Source: the human T2T-CHM13v2.0 reference genome, Homo sapiens. From it: a DNA stretch of 64,000 nucleotides. Position numbers and translations under genes: made by a program. The stretch is taken from the NCBI GenBank assembly GCA_009914755.4, contig CP086569.2, positions 19,936,001 through 20,000,000 on the forward strand, in the 5' to 3' direction. Each line of letters opens with the position of its first letter. Within the stretch, counting starts at the first letter, position 1. The notes below the pieces were generated by a model, which was not told the DNA's origin, did no database searches, and saw only the letters and a list, made by a program, of their open reading frames with translations. Shown here piece by piece: positions 54,400 through 64,000 of the stretch.

Positions 54400-55780
54400 T
54401 CCTGAAGTCTGATCAACAGAAGGACAATATGGATGAGCAAAGAATGCCTGTCCTGTTCAAGTTAAACTAAAGGATGCTGCCTCCTTTCCCTACCAAAGGC
54501 AGTATCCCCATAGACCCAAAGTCCAACAAGGACTCCAAAAGGTTGTTGAGGACCTAAAAGCCCAAGGCCTAATAAAACCATGGACTAGCCCCTGCAATAC
54601 TCCAATTTTAGGAGTACAGAAATCTAATGGACAGTGGAGGTTAGTGCAAGATCTCAGGATTATCACTGAGGCCACTGTCCCTCTGTACCCAGCTGTACCT
54701 AAACCTTATACTCTACTTTCCCAAATACCAGAGGAAGTAGAGTGTTTTGCAGTCCTGGACCTTAAGGATGCCTTTTTCTGCATCCCTGCACATCCTACCT
54801 CAATTCTTGTTTGCCTTTGAAGATCCTGGAAACCCAATGTCTCAACTCACTTGGACTGTTTTACCCCAAGGGTTCAGGGAAAGCCCCCATCTGTTCACTC
54901 AGGCATTAGCCCAAGACTTGAGCCATTTCTCCTACCTGGACACTCTTGTCCTTCAGTATGCGGATGATTGATTGATTGACTGATTGATTGATTTTGAGAT
55001 GGAGTCTCCCTCTGTCACCCAGGCTGGAGTACAGTAGTGCAATCTTGGCTCACTGCAAGCTCCGCTTCTCAGGTTCACACCATTCTCCTCCCTCAGCCTC
55101 CCCAGCAGCTGGGACTACAGGTGCACACCGCCACACCCGACTAATTTTTTGTATTTTTAGTAGATACAGGGTTTCACCATGTTAGCCAGGATGGTCTTGA
55201 TCTCCTGAACTTGTGATCCACCCACCTTGGCCTCTCAAAGTGCTGGGATAATAGATGTGAGCCACTGTGCCCAGTCGTGGATGATTTACTTTTAGCCACC
55301 CATTCAGAAACCTTGTGCCATCAAGCCATACAAGCGCTGTTAAATTTCCTCACCACCTGTGGCTACAAAGTTTCCAAACAAAAGCCTCAGCTCTGCTCAC
55401 AGCAGGTTGCATACTTAGGGCTAAAATTACCCAAGGGCACCAGGGCCCTCAATGAGGAACTTACCCAGCCTATACTGGCTTATCCTCATCCCAAAACCCT
55501 AGAGCAACTGAGAAGTTCCTTGGAATAACAGGCTTCTGCTGAATATGGATTCCCAGGTATGGCGAAATAGCCAGGCCATTATATACATTAATTAAGGAAA
55601 CTCAGAAAGCCAATACGCATTTAGTAAGATGGACACCTGAAACAAAAGTGGCTTTCCATGCTCTAAAGAAGGCCCTAACCCAAGCCCCAGTGTTAAGCTT
55701 GCCAATGGGGCAAGACTTTTCTTTATATGTCAGAGAAAAAACAGGAATAGCTTTAGGAGTCTTTACAGAGGTTTGAGGGA
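54400..55780 (+). pseudogene. reverse transcriptase remnant (interrupted by Alu)
   Basis: ..LVQDLRIITEATVPLYPAVPKPYTLLSQIPEEVECFAVLDLKDAFFCIPAHPTSILVCL*RSWKPNVSTHLDCFTPRVQGKPPSVHSGISPRLEPFLLPGHSCPSVCG*.. type frames, and LQYADD (YXDD) at 54951-54968. After the Alu: ..VDDLLLATHSETLCHQAIQALLNFLTTCGYKVSKQKPQLCSQQVAYLGLKL.. Confidence 0.65.
54969..55274 (-). mobile_element. Alu SINE inserted into the RT YXDD codons; (GATT)n-decayed tail
   Basis: ttgattgattgactgattgattgattttgagatggagtctccctctgtcacccaggctggagtacagtagtgcaatcttggctcactgcaagctccgcttctcaggttcacacc..ggataatagatgtgagccactgtgcccag. TSD cagta-tgcggatgatt / cagtc-gtggatgattt. Confidence 0.9.
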
Positions 55781-56912
55781 CCAGCTTGCAACCTGTGGCA
55801 TACCTGAGTGAGAAAATTGATGTAGTGGCAAAGGATTGGCCTCACTGTTTACAGGTAGTGGTGGCAGTAGCAGTCTTAGTATCTGAAGCAGTTAAAATTA
55901 TACAGGGAAGAGATCTTACTGTGTGGACATCTCATGATATAAATGGCATACTCACTGCTAAAGGAGACTTGTGGCTGTCAGACAACCATTTGCTTAAATA
56001 TCAGGCTCTATTAATTGAAGGGCCAGTGCTGTGACTGCGTACTTTTGCAGCTCTTAACCCACACACATTTATTCCAGACAATGAGGAAAAGATAGAACAT
56101 AACTGTCAACAGGTGATTGCTCAAACCTACGCTGCTCAAGGGGTCCTTCTAGAGGTTCCCTTGACTGATCCCTATCTCAACTTGTATACTGATGGAAGTT
56201 CCTTTGTAGAAAAAGGATTTTGAAATGTGGGGTACGCAATGGTCAGTGATAATGGAATACTTGAAAGTAATCCCCTCACTCCAGGAACTAGCACTCAGCT
56301 GGCCGAACTAATAGCCCTCACTAGGGCACTAGAATTAGGAAAATGAAAAGGGGTAAATTTATATACAGATTCTTAAGTATGCTTACTTAGTCCTCCATGC
56401 CCATGCAACAATATAGAGAGAAAGGGAATTCCTAACTTCTGAAGGAACACCTATCAAACATCAGGAAGCCATTAGGGGATTATTATTGGCTGTACAGAAA
56501 CCTAAAGATGTGGCCGTCTTACACAGCTGAGGTCATCAGAAAGGAATGGAAAGGGAAATAGAAGGGAACTGCCAAGTGCATATTGAAGCCAAAAGAGCTG
56601 CAAAGCAGGATCCTCCATTAGAAATGCTTATGGAAGGACCCCTAGTAAGGTGTAATCCCCTCTGTAAAACCAAGCCCCAGTACTCAGCAGGAGAAATAGT
56701 ATAGGAAAACCCATGAGGACATAGTTTCCTCCCCTCAGGATAGCTATCCACCAAGGAAGGAAAAATACTTTTTCCTACAACTAACCAATGGAAATTGCTT
56801 AAAATCTTTCACCAAACCTTTCACTTAGGCATTGGTAGCACCCATTGGATGGCCAAATTATTATTTACTGGATGAGTCCTTTTCAAAACTATCAAGCAGA
56901 TAGTCAGGGCCT

Positions 56913-57251
56913 GTGAAGTGTGCCAAAGAAATAATCCCCTGCACTGCAGGCCATTTGAATCCCTATATCTTTAACTTCCTTGTTAAGTGTGTCTCTTCCA
57001 GAATCGAAGCTGTAAAACTACGAATCATTCTTCAGATGGAGCCACAGATTCAGTCCATGACTAAGATCTACCACAGACCCCTGGACCAGCCTGCTAGCCC
57101 ATGCTCCGACATTGATGACATCAAAGGCACCCCTCACAGGGAAATCTCAACTCCACAACCCCTACTACAATACAATTCAGCAGGAAACAAAGTGATCATT
57201 GGCCAACCTCCCCAACAGCACTTGGGATTTCCTGTCGAGAAGGGGGACTGA
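56913..57251 (+). pseudogene. Env TM C-terminal tail remnant (syncytin-1-like)
   Basis: ..PYIFNFLVKCVSSRIEAVKLRIILQMEPQIQSMTKIYHRPLDQPASPCSDIDDIKGTPHREISTPQPLLQYNSAGNK.. resembles the HERV-W Env C-terminus (..FVSSRIEAVKLQ..LQMEP.MQS.TKIYR.PLDRPASP.SDVNDI.GTPPEEIS.AQPLLRPNSAGSS); abuts the 3' LTR. Confidence 0.6.
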
Positions 57252-57999
57252 GAAGTAGAACTAACTGGATTTCCTAGGTCGACTAAGAATCCCTAAGCCT
57301 AGCTGTGAAGGTGACCGCATCCACCTTTAAACACAGGGCTTGCAACTTAGCTCACACCCAACCATTCAAGTAGAAAAGAGAGCTCACTAAAATGATAATT
57401 AGGTAAAAACAGGAGGTAAAGAAATAGCCAATCATCTATCACCTAAGAACACAGTGGGAGGGACAATGATGGGATATGCACCCAGGCATTGGAGCCAGCA
57501 ATGGATCCCCTCCTTTTGTATGGGAGCTCTGTATTCACGCTATTATAAAGTCTTACATCTGCACATTCTTCTGGTCCATGTTTGTTATGGCTCAAGCTGA
57601 GCTTTTGCTCTCTGTCCACTCCTGCTCTTTGCTGCCATTGCAGACCCACCACTGACTTACACCCCTCCAGATCCAGCAGGGTGTCAGCTGTGCTCCTCAT
57701 CCAGTGAGGCACCTATTGCTGCTCCTGATTGGACTAAAGGCTTGCCATTGTTCCTGCATGGCTAAGTGCCTGGGTTTGTCCTAATTGAGCTGAACACTAG
57801 TCCGTGGGTTCCACAGTTCTCTTCTGTGACCCACGACTTCTAATAGAGCTATAACACTCACTGCATGGCCCAAGATTCCATTCCTTGGAATCCGTGAGGC
57901 CAAGAACCCCAGATCAGAGAAGAAGAGGCTTGCCACCATCTTGGAAGTGACACAAGATGCCATCTGGGGAGCTCTAGGAGCAAGGACCCCTTGGTAGCA
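57249..57999 (+). mobile_element. 3' LTR of HERV-W-like provirus
   Basis: Aligns along its length with the 5' LTR (50438-51196). Confidence 0.65.
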
Positions 58000-58063
58000 C
58001 TTCCAGCTCAGCCTCCCAAATCACGCTATTACAAGCATGAGCCACTCTTTGTGGCCGCCACCT
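58000..58063 (-). mobile_element. Alu SINE (left part, continuation of 50225-50437)
   Basis: cttccagctcagcctcccaaatcacgctattacaagcatgagccactctttgtggccgcc. Confidence 0.75.
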
Positions 58064-58119
58064 ACTTTTTGAACTCCAATTGTATTAAACACCATAATAG
58101 ACACTTTTGTCTGTTATAT

Positions 58120-58385
58120 TTCATGGATCATAAACTTTTTTATGTATAATTTTACCTTTTATTTTAGATTCGGGTGGTACAAATGCAGGTGTTTTACATG
58201 GGTATATCATGTGACACCAAGGTTTGGAATACAGATGATCCCATCACCCAAGTGCTGAGCATAGAATCCAACTGTTAGTTTTTCAGCCTTGCCCCCTCCA
58301 TCTCTCCACACTCTAATATTCCCTAATATCTACTGTTCCTAAATTTATGTCGATGTATATATTATATTTCTTAGAGTTCCCTGAA
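58120..58385 (-). mobile_element. L1 3'-end fragment (antisense)
   Basis: ..ttttagattcgggtggtacaaatgcaggtgttttacatgggtatatcatgtgacaccaaggtttggaatacagatgatcccatcacccaagtgctgagcatagaatccaactgttagtttttcagccttgcccc.. = reverse complement of the conserved L1 3' terminus. Confidence 0.7.
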
Positions 58386-59539
58386 TAATGGTCAGGGAAG
58401 GTAATGTGAATGATGCAAAGATGATTATGAATAAAATATTCAGTTTTCTGGAGTGAGCAGGACACTTTTTCATGCAAAATTCCATTTGAATCCTCCACCT
58501 CCAGCCAGCGCGGTGTAGGGAGAGGAAGAGAGACAGACCTATTAAAAGTTATATTTGTTCTCTTGCAGTCTTGTGACTTACTTCTTAATGAAAACCCTTA
58601 TTGTTTTATAAGAAAAGGAGAATGAATGCAGTGTTTGAGATGGAGTTATCTAGAATTTTTAGAAGCATAAACAGACATTGAAAAATTATAGAAAACAAAG
58701 GCAGAAAAGCAGAAAAGACATAGTAGGTCAGATGGTATTTTAGGCAAATACACCATAAACTGGCCACCCAGGTCTGCATCTCTAGGGCTTTCCCAAAGAG
58801 GAGCAAAGCAGTTTATATTCTATTATTATCACCACCATCACCTTTATTTCCCCCCTTACATGATGGATGTCAATATCATGATCATTCTCGTTGTCTGTAT
58901 AACCGTCATCATCATCATTAATACCTCATAAATTTTTTCATGTTATTTTTAACATAGTTAGAAAGAAAGAGATTTTGGGCCTCCCAAATCACTAAGCTAA
59001 AAGGAAAAGTCAAGCTGGAAACTGCTCAGGGCAAACCTGCCTTCCATTCTATGCAAAGTCACCGTCTGTTCACTAAGACAGATGTATATTCTGATTGCTT
59101 CTTTTGGAAAGACTTATCAGAAACTCAAATGAATGCAACCATTTTTCTCTCAGCTACTTGTGACCTGGAAGCCAGTTCCCTGCTTCTGTTGTCCCCATCT
59201 TTCTGGAAGAAGCTAATATACTTCTTACATATATTGATTGATGTCTCATATCTCTCTACAATGTATAAAACTAAGCTGTTCCCCTACCAACTTGGGCACA
59301 TGTCATCAGGACTTCCTGAGGTTGTGTCATGGATGTACGTCCTAAATCTTGGCAAAATAAACTTTCTAAATTAAACCAGACCCATCTCAAATTTTGGCAG
59401 CTCACAATAGCACATAAACAACACACCTTCCCGTTCCCCAAAATATTAGCGCAGGATAAAAATCTAAGAGTATTTCATAGCAACTGATAGTTTGACCAAA
59501 AAAAAAAAAAGTTTTCTTTTCCCAAAATAAAGTTCTGTG

Positions 59540-59650
59540 GCTTCTGTCAGGGAAAGTTTTTTGTTTGCTTATTTGTGGGTTTTTTGTTTAGTTTGGTTTC
59601 GTCTTTTGTTTGTGGCTTTGGTGGTTTGTGGTTGGGTTTCTTTCTGGCTT
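59540..59650. repeat. GT-rich (TTTG/GGTTT)n simple repeat
   Basis: ttgtttgcttatttgtgggttttttgtttagtttggtttcgtcttttgtttgtggctttggtggtttgtggttgggtttctttctgg. Confidence 0.6.
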
Positions 59651-60024
59651 AAACATTTCTTGGTGAACAAATGTTTATGTCTTCAGGTCTGTAGACTTAG
59701 ATAACTATCTTAATCTGAGAAATCTAAAGTTTTGAATTGTTCTGTGAATACCAGTGAAGGAATCCACCTTCCCTCTGAAACCATATTCACAAGGCCTAAC
59801 TTGAGGATGCTAGAACCATTTTCAACAACAAAGACACCACATTCATGCTTCCATGGCATACTGCATGTCCACTTCAAGATAGCACCTTTGTATACATTTG
59901 ATTATTCCCCTTACACCCATCTTACTTTGTAGTGTCTTCTGAATGATGAACAACCCAAGACTTATATGGTCAGAACTGAGATCTGAGATTGTCAGAACAA
60001 AGTGTCCTACTGTTTTTTTTCTGC

Positions 60025-60145
60025 TTGGAATGTTATTCCACAATATTCTACAATATTCAGTGCCATGCAATTGAATGTGAAATATTCAATAAATATTCAA
60101 TATTCAAAAACATATTCAATGCTATTCAAAATATTCTATGCCAAA
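60025..60145. repeat. (AATATTCA)n-like tandem repeat
   Basis: ttattccacaatattctacaatattcagtgcc..gaaatattcaataaatattcaatattcaaaaacatattcaatgctattcaaaatattctatgcc. Confidence 0.65.
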
Positions 60146-61614
60146 TACAGGAACTGGACAAGAAGAAGGACCCTAGTCTCAATGTTGAAACAGCATCCTG
60201 TGTCAGGCATTGCCAGTGTGAACCATGAGGAGATTGGGAGTCCCATTCTGGAGTGTGGAATCCAGAGAGTGAGGTGTGGGACAGAGGCTCTTTGACATAC
60301 CACCTCATTGGTGTGGCCATATTTTAAGCCCAAGAACATCCCAAGAAATATTGTAAAGCTAGGAAGTATGTACAAACTGTACTCAGGTTTTGTTCTGAAA
60401 TTTAGTGATTTGTACTTTGTGGCTTGCCCACTTCCAAAAACTCATGCAACATGAGTTGACAGTTAGTATTTTAATACAAATAGTTACGATTTTAGGGAGA
60501 CCAAAAAAAAAAATGTTTTCCTGAGAAGAAAATACCTTAGCTGTACATTTGTGTAAAGTGATTTTGATGAAATATGTAGTCAAACAATGACACAGTGATA
60601 TAGCTTGCTAAAGTCAATATTTATGTTACCCTCAATTGAAAATCAAATCCCCAAGGTGATGGTGTTAGGTGGTGGTGTCTTTGGGAGGTGATGAGATCAT
60701 AAGTGTGGAGCCTCATGAATGGGATGAGTGCCCTTATAAAAGTGGTCTCAGAAAGCTCCCTTGTTCCTTCCACCATGTGAGGATACAAAGAGAAGGCACT
60801 GTCTGTGAAACAGGAAGAAGATCCTCACCAGGCATCGATCTTGGACTTCCAGTCTCCAGAACTGTGAGCAGTAAATGTCTTTTTTTTAATCCATTTCCCA
60901 TTTACCCGAAGAATACTCTTTTCCCTCATCCTAATGTAATAGAAGAAGTGTATAAGATTTTATATTAGGATTAGACATAATTGCATTTTAGAAATAACTC
61001 CAAGAACAGTTTTCGTACTTTATTTTCCCATTGGAAATCAGATTTCCCTCAGTCAAAGAGTGTGTTATGTCAAATTTAATGAGCGCTGGCAGTGATCTGC
61101 ACCTTTTTTCTAAATGGGAAATGGGTTAAAAGCCATTCATTTTATAATATTTTTTCATAGCAGTCTGAAAATACAGAGCTCCAGTGAGATGTCCCAGAGG
61201 ATAAAAAACATTGGTATCATCTTTCTACTGTTTTGATGTTCTTTTTAAAGGAGGAAGGAAGGAATACCCCATGAATTCCACTTGGGCTAGACCTTTTATT
61301 TTACCCTATTTCTAGTTACCAACAATGCATTGCTACTTGCTGTAGTCCAAGCACCAACAATGTTGGCAGCATCCAGGACCTGGTTAGGAAGAAAAACAAC
61401 CTGGACTCACCAAAACTTCCGAGATCACATTCTTCATTTTCATGCCAGTCACTCAGTGATTTGTTTGCAAGTTAACACTTAAGGAGCTATGTCTAGGGAC
61501 AGAGCATTTTCTCAATCCATGATGCAACTTCTAGGGCTAGATCAGTGATTCTCAATGAAGGGACAATTCTGCCTCAGCAGGGAATACTTGGGCAATGTCT
61601 GGAGGGCATTTTTA

Positions 61615-62003
<389 letters not shown>

Positions 62004-62229
62004 TCAGAGGACAAAGAATTCTCCTGGATGCTTCCCATAATAAGCCATTGGTTTATCCTACAGTTACCTGCTGTGAATGTGTATGTTTTTCTTCTATTCC
62101 TCCTGATAGTTTATTGGAAATACTGCCTTCTGAAGTAAACTTTTTTTTAATCTCCCATCCGATTCTTCAACAAAGAGGCTAAGTAAACAACACACAGAAA
62201 GAATTATTTTTTTCCACTTCTTTTTCTTG

Positions 62230-62828
62230 TTTTCTTTTTGGGAAAGGTTCTCACTCTATTGCCCAGGCTGAAATGCAGTGTTGGGATCATGGCTCATTGC
62301 AGCCTCCAAATTCCTGGGCTCAACTCATCCTCCCACCTTAGCCTCCCAAGTAGCTGGGACTCCAATCACACACCACCACACCCAGCTAATCAAAAAAAAA
62401 TTATTTTTTGAGATAAAGTCTCATTCTGTTGTCCAGACTGGAGTGCAGTGGAGTAATCGTTTATTACTGCAACCTCCACTTTCTTAGCTCAAGGAATTCT
62501 CGTGCCACAGCCTCTCAAGTAGCTAGGATTACAGGGGTGCACTACCATATCTGACTGATTTTTGTATTATTACTACAGACAGGGTTTCACCATTTTGGCC
62601 AGGCCAATCCTGAACTTCTGGCCTCAAGTGATCCATCTGCCTTGGCCTCTCATAGTACTGGGATTATAGGCATGAGACACTGTGCCCAGCCCCAGTTTTT
62701 TATTTTTTGTAGAGACGAAGTCTTGCTCTGTTGCCCAGGCTAGTCTCAAACTCCTGGCTCAAGAAATTGTTCGACTTCAGCTTTCCAAAGTGCTGAAATT
62801 ACAGGTGTGAGCCACTGTGCCTGGCAAG
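62230..62828 (-). mobile_element. Three adjacent antisense Alu copies/fragments (62230-62395, 62400-62692, 62697-62828)
   Basis: ..ggttctcactctattgcccaggctgaaatgcagtgttgggatcatggctcattgcagcc..; ..gagataaagtctcattctgttgtccagactggagtgcagtggagtaatcg..ggcatgagacactgtgcccagcc; ..tgtagagacgaagtcttgctctgttgcccaggctagtctcaaactcctggctcaag..ggtgtgagccactgtgcctggc. Confidence 0.85.
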
Positions 62829-62899
62829 AAGCACTTCTTGGGTGTCAAGTGTATTTACCCCATGTGGTTTTTCTGGGGCTGCCATAATGCATTGTCACA

Positions 62900-63900
62900 A
62901 CCTGAACAGCTTTTAAAAACACAGGAGTTTATTGTCTCCCAGTCCCAGAGGACAGCAGTCTGAAATCAAGGTATGTCAGGGCTGCTCTTTTTCTGGAGGT
63001 TCTAAGAAGGATCTTTCCTGCCTCTCCCAGCTCCTGGGGGCATCAGGCATCCCTAGACTTGTGGATGCATCTCTCTAGTCTCTCTACCTCTTGTGTGGAC
63101 TTCTGCTCTGTATCTGTGTCTCCTCTTCTGTGTCTTAGAAGAACACCTGTCATTGGATTCAGGGCCCACCCTAATCCAGGATGATATCATCTCAAGGTCT
63201 TTACTTGATTATATCTGCAAAGACCCTATTTCCAAATAGTGTTCCATTCAGAGGTTCTGGGGGATAGGACAGGAACATATGTTTTAGGGCCAACATTTAA
63301 CTAATTGCAGTTGTGTCCAGTTTCTCTTGGAGGCTCTAAACAAGGATTCTTTCTGCCTCTTCCAGCTCCTGGTGGCTCCAGGCACCCCTGAGTTTGTGAC
63401 CATATCACTCCAGTCTCTGTCTTTGTCTCCATCAGTTCTTCTCTTCTGTGTCTGTGTCTCCTCATCTGTCTCCTAGAAAGACACCTGTCATTGGATGCAG
63501 GACCCTCCCTAATATGGATTAGCTGTGTCCCCACCCAAATCTCATCTTGAATTGTAACTTCCACAATTCCCACATGTTGTAGGAGGAAGATGTGGGAAGT
63601 GATTGAATCATGGGGGTTGGTCTTTCCCATGCTGTTCTGGTGATAATGAGTGGGTCTCATAAGATTTGATGGTTTTAAAAAACGGGAGGTTCCCTGCACA
63701 TGCACTCTCTTTGCCTGCCACCATCTACCTAAGTTGTAATTTTCTTCTCCTTGCCTTCCCCTATGATTGTGAGCCTTCCCAAGCCATGTGGAATTGTAAG
63801 TTCATTAAAACTTTTTATTTTGCAAATTGCCCAGTCTTGGGTATGTCTTTATCAGAAACATGAAAATAGACTAATACACTCTGAAATCCAGGATAAGCTC
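62900..63900 (+). mobile_element. L1 (L1P/L1MA-type) 3'-end fragment containing an internal ~330-bp tandem duplication
   Basis: Two copies of ..ctggaggttctaa(g/a)..ctcccagctcctgg(g/t)gg..cacctgtcattggat(t/g)cagg.cccaccctaat.. (62935-63260 and 63300-63520), then ..ggattagctgtgtccccacccaaatctcatcttgaattgtaacttccacaattcccacatgttgtaggagg..catgggggttggtctttcccatgctgttctggtgataatgagtgggtctcataagatttgatggttttaaaaaacggg..gccatgtggaattgtaagttcattaaaac..ttgcccagtcttgggtatgtctttatcagaaacatgaaaatagactaatacac. Confidence 0.6.
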
Positions 63901-64000
63901 ATCATGGAATCCTTTACTACTAACATCTTCAAAGACTCTATTTCTAAATGAAATACCATGACAATTTCTGCGTATTAGAAGTTGAACATATTTTGGGGGG

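Larger units (their letters stand above)
50438..57999 (+). mobile_element. HERV-W-like (HERV17/LTR17-type) class I endogenous retrovirus provirus, ~7.5 kb, IN/env-deleted
   Basis: Two ~750-bp LTRs (~10% mutually diverged). 5' LTR: tggagagacaggactagctggattttctaggccaactaagaatccctaagcctagctgggaaggtgac.. 3' LTR: tgagaagtagaactaactggatttcctaggtcgactaagaatccctaagcc.. Both end ..gagctctag(g/a)agcaag(g/t)cccc(t)tgg(t/c)a(g/a)c(a/c). A tRNA-Arg-type PBS, gag/NC/PR/RT remnants and an Env C-terminal tail are present. Confidence 0.65.

Overview
This window is primate (almost certainly human) nuclear genomic DNA, not a prokaryotic or viral locus. It is dominated by transposable elements.

Main contents:
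- More than 40 Alu copies, including Alu-in-Alu nesting.
- A 5'-intact but internally deleted L1PA element nested inside an older L1, with a perfect 15-bp target-site duplication.
- Several old L1 (L1M / L1P 3'-end) fragments and MIR-like relics.
- Two class-I endogenous retroviruses. One is a ~7.5 kb HERV-W-like provirus (50438-57999). It has LTRs of about 750 bp, a tRNA-Arg-type primer-binding site, and gag / zinc-knuckle / protease / reverse-transcriptase remnants with a YADD motif. It retains an Env C-terminal tail resembling syncytin-1, has an Alu inserted at the YXDD codons, and lacks integrase/env. The other is an antisense HERV9/W-group fragment (9545-12810) with a 47-bp tandem repeat in its leader.
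- A solo LTR12 (ERV9-type, with CCAAT/GATA-bearing tandem repeats in U3) sitting inside (GGAT)n-type simple-repeat arrays.

The only strong non-repeat functional signal is a ~2.1 kb CpG island (46440-48600) that looks like a promoter, possibly bidirectional. It is flanked by a CA-rich 35-bp minisatellite and contains a cryptic C-rich / G-rich (minus strand) degenerate repeat.

I could not support any protein-coding exon. The long six-frame ORFs all fall in Alu, CpG-island, simple-repeat or degenerate L1/ERV sequence. There is no CRISPR array, operon or prokaryote-like system. The findings are structural and regulatory observations in a TE-rich, probably intergenic or intronic region.

Family names (L1PA, HERV-W/LTR17, LTR12) come from my own recognition of the sequence and were not checked against a database. 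All coordinates are approximate to within about 10 bp.
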